From: Patescibacteria group bacterium UBA4787
Lineage (GTDB): Bacteria; Patescibacteriota; Patescibacteriia; UBA2591; UBA4787
Assembly: GCA_002402995.1 (NCBI GenBank)
Contig: DHGX01000001.1
Location: forward strand, 85,625-149,624
Reading direction: 5' to 3'
DNA: 64,000 nucleotides
In this document: piece by piece, positions 16,543 to 25,900 of the stretch
How positions within the stretch are numbered: the first letter of the stretch is position 1
How the letters are laid out: every line of letters begins with the position of its first letter
Translations under genes and position numbers: made by a program
The notes under the pieces: generated by a model
Told to the model about the DNA's origin: nothing
What the model saw: the letters and a program-made list of their open reading frames with translations, nothing else
Databases searched by the model: none

Positions 16543-17769
16543 ATGCCTCAGGAAAAGAAAATAGAAAAATTTTCCAAAGACAATGAAGCTTTAATTAAGC
16601 TAGAAGTTTTTGATCCCGTCGTAGAATTGCAGAATATCAAAAAATTGTCCAAGGATGAACGACTAAAAGTTTTTCAAGAATACAAAGAAAAACTCATCGA
16701 GCAAAAAGAAAATTTAGCCAAAACGCAAGAAGCGCTTACGGCTTTAGTTCGATTCAATCCGGACAGGCCGCTGGAGGAATTGATAGAAAAAGCGCAACAA
16801 TTGGGCGACAAATTCGGTTTTTCTGAAGAACAAATGGAAACGATTAAATCAAATTTAAGACAATATTCTAAAAGACATAGTTTGGTCAAAGAGTTAAGAC
16901 AAAAATTTCCCAAAGACAACGAATTATTCAAGGCTTTATTTGGCCGTGAACCAAAAGGACGAATTGAAGTAATCGCCGGGCCGATAACTTTATATTTCCG
17001 TTGCCATGACATTAATGATTACGCCTATCTTTATATATATGGCTTTCTTAGAAAAGAAGAACCAACCATTGAACAAATAAATTTAGTTCAAAAAACCGGT
17101 GGTGCTAAATTAACTTTTGTTATCGGGATAAAAGATGAAATTAAGCAGCAACTTGCTTCTACAGATTTAATTGGCATTGAAAATGCTTCGATAAGACACG
17201 AATTTACTGATAAACAGAAAGGAATATTAGCTCACGAAGAGCAACACGCCATAAATTCTTTATTGTTCCCGTCAGAATATAATACTTATTATGTTTATTT
17301 GGATCTATTGGAAGCAAAAACCAAAACAGAGAAAGAGCTGGCGCTTAAAAGATATTTTAGGTTTTTGCGGGAAACCTACGACACTAGAGCCAAAAGCGAG
17401 ATTGTTGCTTATTTTAAAGAGGGCCGTCCCGTGGACCACGTATATGATTCATTAATTCGTCCGATTGAGGACGATGGTTTTTATGACTATTTTCCAAAAA
17501 ATCAACAAAAAGAATTAGTAGAACAAATTTTTAAAGGTTCGGTGGAACAAACCCCGGAGCTGAAACAAATGATCAATGATATGGTCCAAGAAATTTTCGC
17601 GAGAGAATATCACCAGACTATTAAAAGTGGTCTTAATGCTTTTGCGTCTTTACGCGATATGGGATATTCTTTGGAACAAACTATCGCTTTGTTCCAACAA
17701 GAGCCATTAACTAAGTGGCCCAAATTAGCTAAACGATTTATGGATCAATATGGTGGACAAAATAAATAA
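16543..17769 (+). CDS. Hypothetical protein with HExxH motif (tandem paralog 1)
   Basis: About 400 aa; AHEEQHAINS motif; paralogous to the next gene (shared FDPV.EL.NIK, NPD.PL.EL and PL.KWPK). Confidence 0.5.
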   Translation: MPQEKKIEKFSKDNEALIKLEVFDPVVELQNIKKLSKDERLKVFQEYKEKLIEQKENLAKTQEALTALVRFNPDRPLEELIEKAQQLGDKFGFSEEQMETIKSNLRQYSKRHSLVKELRQKFPKDNELFKALFGREPKGRIEVIAGPITLYFRCHDINDYAYLYIYGFLRKEEPTIEQINLVQKTGGAKLTFVIGIKDEIKQQLASTDLIGIENASIRHEFTDKQKGILAHEEQHAINSLLFPSEYNTYYVYLDLLEAKTKTEKELALKRYFRFLRETYDTRAKSEIVAYFKEGRPVDHVYDSLIRPIEDDGFYDYFPKNQQKELVEQIFKGSVEQTPELKQMINDMVQEIFAREYHQTIKSGLNAFASLRDMGYSLEQTIALFQQEPLTKWPKLAKRFMDQYGGQNK

Positions 17770-18955
17770 AAATTTCGAGACATCGGGAAAAGAGAAAAAT
17801 GAATCAAAAATCTTTGATCCGGTTTTAGAGTTGGAAAATATTAAACAAATCGAGGATCACGCTGAACGCCATGAGAAAATTAAAGAATACAAAGCAAAAT
17901 TAACGGAGCAAAAAGAGAGAATAGCCACCATGCAAGATTTGTTAATTAATTTTATTCGCCAAAACCCCGATATTCCACTCGACGAATTGTTGCAAAAATT
18001 AGAAAAAATGGGCAAAAATCTTAATTTAGCGGATTGGCAGACTGAGATCGGCAGAAAAATTTTGACTGAATACAATCGCCGTCATAATTTAATCAAAGAA
18101 TTGAAAGGGCAATATCCGGACGAACAAGAATTATTTTATTTTCTATTCGGCTGGAAACCGGAAGGAAAAATTGAATTTGTTGAAGGCCCCATAACCTTAA
18201 GTATTATTTGCCACGGATCTCGTGATTACGATAAGCTTCATTTCACTAACGGCGAATACCAAATAGGAGAAATTGAAATTACGAAGGAAGGATTAAAAGA
18301 AAGCACGAAGTCAGGGGGCTGTCATCTACACGGCTTAAAAGAACCATATAATGACTTAGTAAACATATTGAGGACAGATGTCGATAATTTTGACAACCTT
18401 CTAAATCACGAGGAACGGCATGCTATTTATAGTTTGTTCTCAGAAGTTTTCATAAAAGAAATAAACTGTTTATTCTTTGAGAAAGATTCTTCGCTTGAAG
18501 AAAATTTCGGTATCATAAGGAAATATGTGCGCGAACGCTGTTCTTTAGAAGAGGATGGGGCGGCAGACGAGATATTGGCATTTTTAAATGAGAGCGGGTG
18601 GTTCCCGCCAGAAGAAATTTTTGAATTATTAATTGAACCAGACGGTTTATATAATTTCACTGATTTAAGCAATATAGATCTGGTTAAGGAATGTTATGAT
18701 GAACTTAGAGGGAGTCTTAAATTGCCGCCGTCAGAAGATTTAAAAAGGAAGATTGAGAATATAGTTACAGAAATTTGGGTAAATGATTTTCAGAAACATA
18801 TTCAGGAGGGTATAAGGGCCTTTATGCTTTTAAAAGATTTGAATTTTTCTAACGAAGAAACGATGGCTTTTTTGTCAATCGAACCATTAGCCAAATGGCC
18901 CAAGGCGGTTAATCGTTTAATTGAACAGCGTCAGCTTAAGGGTAAATTAAATTAA
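17750..18955 (+). CDS. Hypothetical protein with HExxH motif (tandem paralog 2)
   Basis: About 400 aa; NHEERHAIYS motif; collinear similarity to 16543..17769. Confidence 0.5.
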   Translation: MVDKINKNFETSGKEKNESKIFDPVLELENIKQIEDHAERHEKIKEYKAKLTEQKERIATMQDLLINFIRQNPDIPLDELLQKLEKMGKNLNLADWQTEIGRKILTEYNRRHNLIKELKGQYPDEQELFYFLFGWKPEGKIEFVEGPITLSIICHGSRDYDKLHFTNGEYQIGEIEITKEGLKESTKSGGCHLHGLKEPYNDLVNILRTDVDNFDNLLNHEERHAIYSLFSEVFIKEINCLFFEKDSSLEENFGIIRKYVRERCSLEEDGAADEILAFLNESGWFPPEEIFELLIEPDGLYNFTDLSNIDLVKECYDELRGSLKLPPSEDLKRKIENIVTEIWVNDFQKHIQEGIRAFMLLKDLNFSNEETMAFLSIEPLAKWPKAVNRLIEQRQLKGKLN

Positions 18956-18978
18956 AATTAATTAATGATAATTTAATC

Positions 18979-20271
18979 ATGAAAAAAGAGAGCAAAAAAT
19001 TACCGCAAGGCTTACTTGAATACACAGTCGAGCTTTCAGCTGAAGAAATGAAGCCATATTTTGATCATGTTTTTGAAGAGATGGCAGTTAATCTTAAAAT
19101 TGACGGATTTCGGCCGGGCAAAGTTCCTACGGAAACAGCCAAACGCCATATTAACGAGGCCAAAATTTTGGAAGAGACAGCCGAGCGAGCGATTAACGAA
19201 AAATATCAAGAAATAATGTTGGCTGATAAGATTGTCCCCGCGGGTTTGCCGGAAGTTCACATTCAGAAAATTGCTAAAGATAACCCTTTTATATTTAAAT
19301 TTACCGTCCCTCTTCTTCCTAAAGTTAAACTCGGCGATCATAGGAAAATCAAAATTAAAAAAGAGAAGGTTGAAGTAATGGATGGACAGGTTGAAAAAGT
19401 TCTAAATGATTTGCAGAAAATGCGTCGAACGGAAGTCGTTGTTGATAGGGCTATTGGTCCGACAGACAAAGCCGAAGTGGACATTGAGATGTCTTTAAAC
19501 AAGGTTGTGCTGGAAAATGGTGTAGCTAAAAATACCGCGGTAGTAATGGACGAACCTTTTTATATTCCCGGCTTTGCCGAGAAAATATTAGGAGTTAAAA
19601 AAGGAGAAATTAAGGAATTTTCTCTAAAATATCCGGAGGATCATTACGATAAAAAATTGGCCGGCAGGGAAATTGACTTTAAGGTGAAAATTAACAATGT
19701 TTATGAAATTAAACTACCCGAATTAAATGACGAATTCGTTAAAACTTTGGGGAATTTCCCAGATCTTAGCGCCCTCAAAGAGCAAATTAAGAAAAATTTA
19801 ATCGAAGAGCAAGAATTAAAAGCGGACGAAAAAGCCGAATTAGAAATTCTAAAGCAATTAATAGAGGTTTCTGAATTTGAAGAAGTGCCGGAAATTCTTG
19901 TAAAAAGAGAGACCGAGATAATGCTTAATGAAATAGAATCATTTTTATCCCAGCAAAATTTGCGCTTGAACGATTATCTGGAACATCTCAAGAAAACCAA
20001 AGAATCTATGGGCCAAGAGCTGGCGCCTAAGGCGCTTGAGCGCGTTAAAACATCTTTGGCTTTAAGGGAATTAGCTCAAGCGCAAGAAGTCGTGGTTACC
20101 GACGAAGAGGCTGCTAAAGAAATTGAAAAAAGCGTGGTAATGTATGCCAATGATCCAAAAACATTAGAAAAACTTAATAGCGAATCGTACAAGAATTATG
20201 TTAGACAGATGATGACCACCAGAAAAGTCATAGAAAATCTAAAAAAGGACACCCTTAAAGAGAATAAATAA
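18979..20271 (+). CDS. tig: Trigger factor
   Basis: GFRPGKVP ribosome-binding signature, a PPIase-like middle region and a C-terminal helical arm; 430 aa. Confidence 0.85.
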   Translation: MKKESKKLPQGLLEYTVELSAEEMKPYFDHVFEEMAVNLKIDGFRPGKVPTETAKRHINEAKILEETAERAINEKYQEIMLADKIVPAGLPEVHIQKIAKDNPFIFKFTVPLLPKVKLGDHRKIKIKKEKVEVMDGQVEKVLNDLQKMRRTEVVVDRAIGPTDKAEVDIEMSLNKVVLENGVAKNTAVVMDEPFYIPGFAEKILGVKKGEIKEFSLKYPEDHYDKKLAGREIDFKVKINNVYEIKLPELNDEFVKTLGNFPDLSALKEQIKKNLIEEQELKADEKAELEILKQLIEVSEFEEVPEILVKRETEIMLNEIESFLSQQNLRLNDYLEHLKKTKESMGQELAPKALERVKTSLALRELAQAQEVVVTDEEAAKEIEKSVVMYANDPKTLEKLNSESYKNYVRQMMTTRKVIENLKKDTLKENK

Positions 20272-20298
20272 TCTTGGTTCTAATTTTAATTATCATTT

Positions 20299-20820
20299 AT
20301 GTTAGTGGCAGTTTTTTCTGATACGCACAACAATTTAACTAATCTCGAGAGAGCTATCAACATTCTCAAAGAATATCCGACGATTAAAGATTTAATCCAT
20401 TGCGGTGATATAGCGAACAAAGAGAGTTTGTTTTACCTCAGTAATAAATTTAAAGGAAATATCTTTATTGTATTTGGCAATATAGATAAAGAATTTGGTT
20501 TAGATGAATTTCTAGATAAACACCCCATAAAAAAAATAAAAATATTTAAAAATTTGGGATCGATAGAATTGAGCGGACGAAAAATATTCTTTATTCATAA
20601 AAAGCAAGATTTACCGCCAGGTTGTCAATTGGCGGATAAAGACGCCGATATAATCTTTTATGGCCATACGCATCGTCCGTGGGAGGAAAATTATGGCGGA
20701 ATTAGATTGATTAACCCCGGTAATCTAGAAGGAACTTTTTGTCGTCCGACTTTCGCTATTTATGATACTGCGAGCCAGGAAGTTAAATTAATCGACTTGG
20801 ACTTTTTTAAGAAATCTTAA
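20299..20820 (+). CDS. Metallophosphoesterase (YfcE/MJ0936-like)
   Basis: Motifs FSDTHNN, GDIAN and GHTHRPW. Confidence 0.7.
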   Translation: MLVAVFSDTHNNLTNLERAINILKEYPTIKDLIHCGDIANKESLFYLSNKFKGNIFIVFGNIDKEFGLDEFLDKHPIKKIKIFKNLGSIELSGRKIFFIHKKQDLPPGCQLADKDADIIFYGHTHRPWEENYGGIRLINPGNLEGTFCRPTFAIYDTASQEVKLIDLDFFKKS

Positions 20821-20979
20821 TTTTATGCGGGGTCTTGCCATTTTTTATATTTGTGTTAGTATTTATATACCTCTAATCGAACGAACATTATATCGATCAG
20901 AGGGCTAATAATAAAATTTTAAGCATTGAATTGTGTTAGTTCGTAAACCCAGTTGTGCTTAAAATGTTAAGGTTTTAAG

Positions 20980-21264
20980 ATGGCAAAGAATTTATTCGTA
21001 GGGAATCTTCCTTACAAAACCACCGGCGACGATTTAAAAAATATGTTCGCCCAAGCTGGAGAAGTCGAATCAGCTAGCGTTATCTCCGACAAATTTTCCG
21101 GTCGTTCACGAGGTTTCGGCTTCGTAGAAATGGCCGACGAAGATGCGGCCCAAGCAGCCATTAAGATGTTTAATGACTATGATATCGAAGGTCGTAAGTT
21201 GTTAGTTAACGAAGCTCGACCCAGGCAAGAAGGTGGTCGACGCAGCAATTTTGACAGAAATTAA
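20980..21264 (+). CDS. RRM-domain RNA-binding protein
   Basis: RNP2 LFVGNL and RNP1 RGFGFVEM; Gly/Arg-rich tail. Confidence 0.8.
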   Translation: MAKNLFVGNLPYKTTGDDLKNMFAQAGEVESASVISDKFSGRSRGFGFVEMADEDAAQAAIKMFNDYDIEGRKLLVNEARPRQEGGRRSNFDRN

Positions 21265-21290
21265 TTATTTCATATCAAATAACATCTGCG

Positions 21291-21323
21291 AAAAAGCAGC
21301 CCCGTCAGGGGCTGCTTTTATTG
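21291..21323 (+). terminator. Rho-independent terminator after the RRM gene
   Basis: aaaagcagccccgtcaggggctgctttt followed by ATTG. Confidence 0.65.
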
Positions 21324-21400
21324 TGGAGATAGTATTTATTTGGCAAGCAAGGGGAGTTGAACCCCTGTTATCAACTTACTCGTCCTCCGCAGCAGCAGAA

Positions 21401-21471
21401 AGCGAGTGAGGGGAATCGAACCCCTGTCATCAGCTTGGAAAGCTGAGGTAATGCCATTATACGACACTCGC
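21401..21471 (-). tRNA. tRNA-Gly (anticodon TCC)
   Basis: The reverse complement GCGAGTGTCGTATAATGGCATTACCTCAGCTTTCCAAGCTGATGACAGGGGTTCGATTCCCCTCACTCGCT folds as a cloverleaf with anticodon loop TTTCCAA and T-loop GGTTCGATTCC. Confidence 0.8.
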
Positions 21472-21571
21472 ACGAACTGTTACGGAGGATGGAGAAAGCT
21501 TCCACCGTCGTTGAAACAACTATGGCGGACAAGGAGGTAATACCGATACCTGCCCGTCCAAACTAGAATTC

Positions 21572-21602
21572 AGAATAAGGAGTTTAACGCTCCTTATTCT
21601 TA
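21572..21602. terminator. Bidirectional hairpin at the 3' end of the minus-strand gene
   Basis: aataaggagtttaacgctccttatt perfect 9-bp stem. Confidence 0.45.
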
Positions 21603-22375
21603 TCAATAATCGATTTATAGTATTTTTCTATATCGAGATCAATTTCATCAATTAAATACGGGCCGCCCACTCCAGCGAGTTTGGGTGCGCGCATCCAATT
21701 ACGAACCCTATCGTCAATACGATATTCACGCAAACCAGAAACCAGATATAAATAGCGTGGATTTTTTTCTCGATAAAGATTTTTATAGGTAGCGGCATAA
21801 AAAGCCATAGGTATATCTTGGTCTCGTTCATCCATTTCTGTACCTATGATATTAAATAGAGAGCCGCCGCCCGCCAAATTCTTTTTAGAAATTTCTTGAT
21901 TAGACGTATGATAACCTAAATATCGTCCGAGTTCTTGCGATATTTCGGCGATGCCCCAAAATATTGCTTCGGCAAATGCCGTTGGATTATTTTTTATTTC
22001 TGGTTTGTTTTCCACGTTTTCTTCAATAACCACTCTGATTACCTTCAAACGATTCTCGATTGGTGTAGCCAGAACAGCATCAACTACATCTCTGTTTTTT
22101 TGTTTTTTGACTAAACTAACAAATTCGTTTACAACTTTTTCTTCTAGGCCGACTTTTTTTAAGTCGTTGATAAAATCTAGCAGGATTTTCGAAAAAGCAA
22201 TTTCTCGAAAAATAATTTCTCTAATTTTTTCGCCCTCTTTCTCACTACCGGGTTCGTGGAATTCGGCCGTCTCCCTGAAAATCGTTTCTTTCTGGTCAAA
22301 GATTTCTGTAATCGGTTTTTCGGATTTTTTACCGACGATTTCTTGTTTGAATGTTGGTTTTTCAAAGGGAGTCAT
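21584..22375 (-). CDS. Hypothetical protein
   Basis: 263-aa ORF with balanced composition; the antisense ORF 21951..22385 is low-complexity. No recognised domain. Confidence 0.45.
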   Translation of the reverse strand: MTPFEKPTFKQEIVGKKSEKPITEIFDQKETIFRETAEFHEPGSEKEGEKIREIIFREIAFSKILLDFINDLKKVGLEEKVVNEFVSLVKKQKNRDVVDAVLATPIENRLKVIRVVIEENVENKPEIKNNPTAFAEAIFWGIAEISQELGRYLGYHTSNQEISKKNLAGGGSLFNIIGTEMDERDQDIPMAFYAATYKNLYREKNPRYLYLVSGLREYRIDDRVRNWMRAPKLAGVGGPYLIDEIDLDIEKYYKSIIDKNKER

Positions 22376-22634
22376 AGTTTTGTGATTATTTATTTAAAAT
22401 AATCCTACTTTAATTATATATCCGAATTAGATAATTAGCAAGATTTTGATTTAAATTGTGACGTATTTGTGGGTTATTTCCGAGCGAACGAAAAAAACGC
22501 ATAGTTAATACCTTTTATTTGACTGTCTTAATAATTATACAATCATCAAAAACGATTTGCTTAAAAATCTAATGACATTTATAATAATATCGTAAGTTGA
22601 TTATTCTAAATAATTTTAATTTTAATTTAAATTT

Positions 22635-23735
22635 ATGCGTAAAAGATTTTTTTATTTTGGACTATTGAGTCTAGCGATAGTTTTGACAGTATTTAGTTCT
22701 GCGGCAAAGGCTCAAGCTGCGCCAGTCAGCGCTCCGACAAAGATTGAATCAACGGTTAACACCGAAGCCCCAGCATTTTTGTCCTTTCTAAAAAATTTAG
22801 TTCAGAATATTAGATTAATTTTGACTACAGACCAAGTTAAAAAAGCTGAAATACAATTAAGATCAGCCGACCAGAACATTGCCGCGCTTAAAAGTTTATG
22901 CGATGAGCAAAAATGCGATTCAATTGAAAAACCCCAAAAATATTTAAATCGATTCGAAGAAAAGTTTCAAAAAAGCATTGATCAACTAGAGAAAGCCGAG
23001 CAGCAAGGAAAAGACGTGGCTAGTATGGTCGAGCAGTTGAAAGAAAATCATTTGCGCCAACAAGATGTTTTAGGCAAGGTTTTAGAAAAAGCTCCGGCAT
23101 TGGCCCAGCCGGCCATTCTTAATGCGATTGAAAAATCCAGCGCCAGTTTAGAAAATGCCATTGGCAAGATTGAAGGCCAGGAGAAAGCCAGCGAATTTAG
23201 GGTAAAATTAAATTTACAATTAAATAATCTAGGAGAAGCGGCGAGAAATAAGATTAAAGAGAAGATTCAATCAAAAATTCAAGAGAAAGCCAATTTAATT
23301 GAACAGGGGTTAAATCAGCCTGACGCCGCGCCGATCAAAGAACTGCGGAATGCCATCAAAAAACAGGGTGAACCGTTGTATCAGCAGGGCGCTCCTATGC
23401 TTAAAGAGCTGGAAAAGCAAGTAGATACCTTAAACAGCCAAGATTCTAAGAGAATAGTTCCCTCAACGTTAATTTTCTTTTACGGCTCAAGTTGTCCCCA
23501 TTGCCAAAATGTGGAAAAATATTTTACGGACAATAAAATCGCGGAGAAAATTAAATTTGATCAAAAAGAGGTATACGCCAATCCTAAAAATTCGGCTTTG
23601 TTGGTCCAATATGCCAAAAAATGCGGTATTAACGAAAACGAAATCGGCGTTCCTTTGCTTTGGGATGGATCAAAATGTTTTGTCGGCGATCAGGCGATTA
23701 TTGTTTATTTTCAAAGTATATTGGGCTTGAAATAG
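22635..23735 (+). CDS. Secreted coiled-coil protein with C-terminal thioredoxin-fold (CPHC) domain
   Basis: Signal peptide (LLSLAIVLTVFSSAAKAQA), a long helical region, and a C-terminal FFYGSSCPHCQNVEKYF...GVPLLWDG glutaredoxin/DsbA-like CxxC domain. Confidence 0.55.
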   Translation: MRKRFFYFGLLSLAIVLTVFSSAAKAQAAPVSAPTKIESTVNTEAPAFLSFLKNLVQNIRLILTTDQVKKAEIQLRSADQNIAALKSLCDEQKCDSIEKPQKYLNRFEEKFQKSIDQLEKAEQQGKDVASMVEQLKENHLRQQDVLGKVLEKAPALAQPAILNAIEKSSASLENAIGKIEGQEKASEFRVKLNLQLNNLGEAARNKIKEKIQSKIQEKANLIEQGLNQPDAAPIKELRNAIKKQGEPLYQQGAPMLKELEKQVDTLNSQDSKRIVPSTLIFFYGSSCPHCQNVEKYFTDNKIAEKIKFDQKEVYANPKNSALLVQYAKKCGINENEIGVPLLWDGSKCFVGDQAIIVYFQSILGLK

Positions 23736-23796
23736 GCTTTAATTTGAGAAGTAAGGGTCATTGACGAAAAAATTATCATTGGTAAAATATTAATGC

Positions 23797-23838
23797 AAAT
23801 AAAATCACGCAGCTTTGATCGAGCCGCGTGATTTTTTA
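23797..23838. terminator. Bidirectional terminator hairpin between convergent genes
   Basis: aatcacgcagctttgatcgagccgcgtgatttttta. Confidence 0.5.
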
Positions 23839-23849
23839 TTGAACAAATT

Positions 23850-24797
23850 TTATTTAATGCCGAGCATCTTGTCTATTTCTTTTTTTGATCTAGGCACCTC
23901 GATGCCGCGGCTTCGCAATCCTTCTGTAATTTTCGATTTGGAATTTTTTCCAGAATTTTCGGATATCTGTCGTATATCTGAAATATTTAATTGCGAAGAT
24001 AGTTTTCTGATTAAACGGTCTATTTTATTGCTGTCATCGGTTAAGTCTGCCAAATAATCATACAGAAAATCTTCAACAAAGATTTTAGCCAAAAGTTCGT
24101 CGTTATATTCTTTATCAAAGATTATTCTTCTTATAGTTTCATCGGCTGAGGAATAAATTTGGGGATATTGATTAAAAGAGTGAGAAAGGTTGATGTTGCC
24201 CGCTTTAAGGTCTTTATAAAGATGAGTATGAAGAGAGCCTAAAGAAATTAAGATTTTTAATTCTTTCCTGTTCTTATAATTCGGATTGTTGTCTAAAAAT
24301 TTTTTAATCTCATTTTTTATATTCTCTTTTATTTTTTCCTCTCTGGTAATGTTGGCCTCGGCTTCACCACGAACATATAAACGAATTTTTTCTATAGCCT
24401 CATCAAATTTTCCTTCTGCGAAGAAGCCCAAAGATTTTTCGAATATTTTCCGAGAGCTTCTGAACAATTTTCTTATTTCGGTGGCCTCTTTAGAAATATC
24501 AACAATAATAATGGGTTTTTTTGAATTATAGATTAAGCCATCTAAATAATTTAGAGCGGGATTTTGACAGGCGCTGGGTTTAATTGTGCCTTGGCTTAGA
24601 TCTTCTAAATATTTTTTTTCTTGTTCTCCCCACACATAATTTTCGGGTGCGTAAATGTCTGTTTCTTCAAAGAGCGATTTGATTTCTTTCACGTCTTCTC
24701 TGGTGCCATGTGGACTATAAAAAAAATGATAAGAAATTTTCGGTTCTTTTTCTTGTTGTTCGTCGCCGAGCTCTATCTTGTCGAACGATTTTTCCAT
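23850..24797 (-). CDS. Hypothetical protein, tandem paralog family member C
   Basis: Shares I.F..G.H.S...V, DIY.PE, IISLG..H...Y..LK and FEP segments with 24911..25741 and 25756..27003. The start was moved to MEKSFDK to avoid overlap with tRNA-Pro. Confidence 0.5.
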   Translation of the reverse strand: MEKSFDKIELGDEQQEKEPKISYHFFYSPHGTREDVKEIKSLFEETDIYAPENYVWGEQEKKYLEDLSQGTIKPSACQNPALNYLDGLIYNSKKPIIIVDISKEATEIRKLFRSSRKIFEKSLGFFAEGKFDEAIEKIRLYVRGEAEANITREEKIKENIKNEIKKFLDNNPNYKNRKELKILISLGSLHTHLYKDLKAGNINLSHSFNQYPQIYSSADETIRRIIFDKEYNDELLAKIFVEDFLYDYLADLTDDSNKIDRLIRKLSSQLNISDIRQISENSGKNSKSKITEGLRSRGIEVPRSKKEIDKMLGIK

Positions 24798-24825
24798 AGA
24801 GATATGGTTAGAACTAAGATATTTT

Positions 24826-24902
24826 TGGTCGGGGTGCGCGGATTCGAACCGCGGACCTTCTGCTCCCAAAGCAGACGCGCTAGCCAGCTGCGCTACACCC
24901 CG
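24826..24902 (-). tRNA. tRNA-Pro (anticodon TGG), CCA encoded
   Basis: The reverse complement CGGGGTGTAGCGCAGCTGGCTAGCGCGTCTGCTTTGGGAGCAGAAGGTCCGCGGTTCGAATCCGCGCACCCCGACCA gives a canonical cloverleaf. Confidence 0.9.
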
Positions 24903-24910
24903 TCTTGAAT

Positions 24911-25900
24911 TTATCTATTATAATCTTGTTTTTCTAATTTTTCAACCAATCTTTTAATACTGTCTTCGTTAGCTTCGTCAACTTCGTCATCAAAAATAAG
25001 TCCTTTTGATTCCAGAAATTTTCCAACTACGAAGATATTATTTGCTCTGATTTGATCTGACATTTTCTTCTCGCCTCTTAAATTTTCTTTTAATTCCACG
25101 GATAGTTTTTTTATCTCATCAAGAGAAATTCTTTTAGAGGCTTGTATAATCAGGCGGCTTATTAACCTTTCGTCTTTTGTTTCTTTGTCGATATGAGTTC
25201 TTATAAATCTTTCTATAAGAGCCTTGGCTAAAATATCTTGGTTAAATTTTTCCGGGCTTATTAATTCTTTTTCTCGTAAGGCAGTGCGATAAGGCTCAAA
25301 AATTATCGGTTTTTCTTGGGGATATTCTCGTTCTACGTTCTGTCCGAATTTTTTAAGATTTATATATGGCAGAGAATGAGATTCGCCCAGAGAAATGAGA
25401 ATATTGATTGCTTCTTTATTTTTTAGGCTGGGCCTATTATTAATAAATCTGGGAAGATATTTTTTCAGAGAATTAATAATATGATGGTCGCGCTTATTCT
25501 GAATATACGCGAAAAGATTCATTTCTTCGTTGATTAATTCTATCGCTTTAGCGAAATTGCCTTTAATGAAATTGTCGAAAACTTTTTGATTATAATTTTG
25601 AAATTTTTCTTCCATTTTTTCTATCTCTTTGTCGCCGCTTGATATATCAGCTAAAAATATTTCTTTGTTTGAGCCAAAAATAAGCTTTACCTCTTCTTTT
25701 TCAAAGTCTTCATAAATAGAGTCGCACCCCCATGTTTCCATAAATTTTTCAGGCGTTAATTCTCCGGCGGAAAGTTTTTTGAGGTCGTTTTTAAAATCCT
25801 CGCTATAGAAAGCAAATTCCGGAATATAAACATCGCAACCTCCAAAGTTTTTTGTAGTGGCGCCACGTTTTCTTTCGAGGTGTGAGGACCTAAGACAAAT
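24911..25900 (-). pseudogene. Paralog family member B, disrupted by a frameshift near 25850 (5' part in another frame, fused to the end of the upstream ORF)
   Basis: The minus-strand reading MKIKFVLGPHTSKENVAPLQKTLEV continues after a 1-nt shift as CDVYIPEFAFYSEDFKNDL...METWGCDSIY. Together these are collinear with the N-terminus of paralog A (MKIEFAFGWHASAKDVKFIQQKFESCDIYIPEMAFYSPEV). Confidence 0.45.

Noticed and set aside
21480-21570. Possible structured RNA (tmRNA/SRP/extra tRNA) 5' of tRNA-Gly
   Set aside because: No T-loop, no SRP domain IV motif (AGGAAGCAGCC) and no tmRNA tag or ORF pattern recognisable. Probably just the tRNA leader.
21951-22385. 144-aa plus-strand ORF overlapping the minus-strand gene 21584..22375
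   Set aside because: Low-complexity S/F/T-rich product. The minus-strand product has normal globular composition and a terminator at its 3' end.
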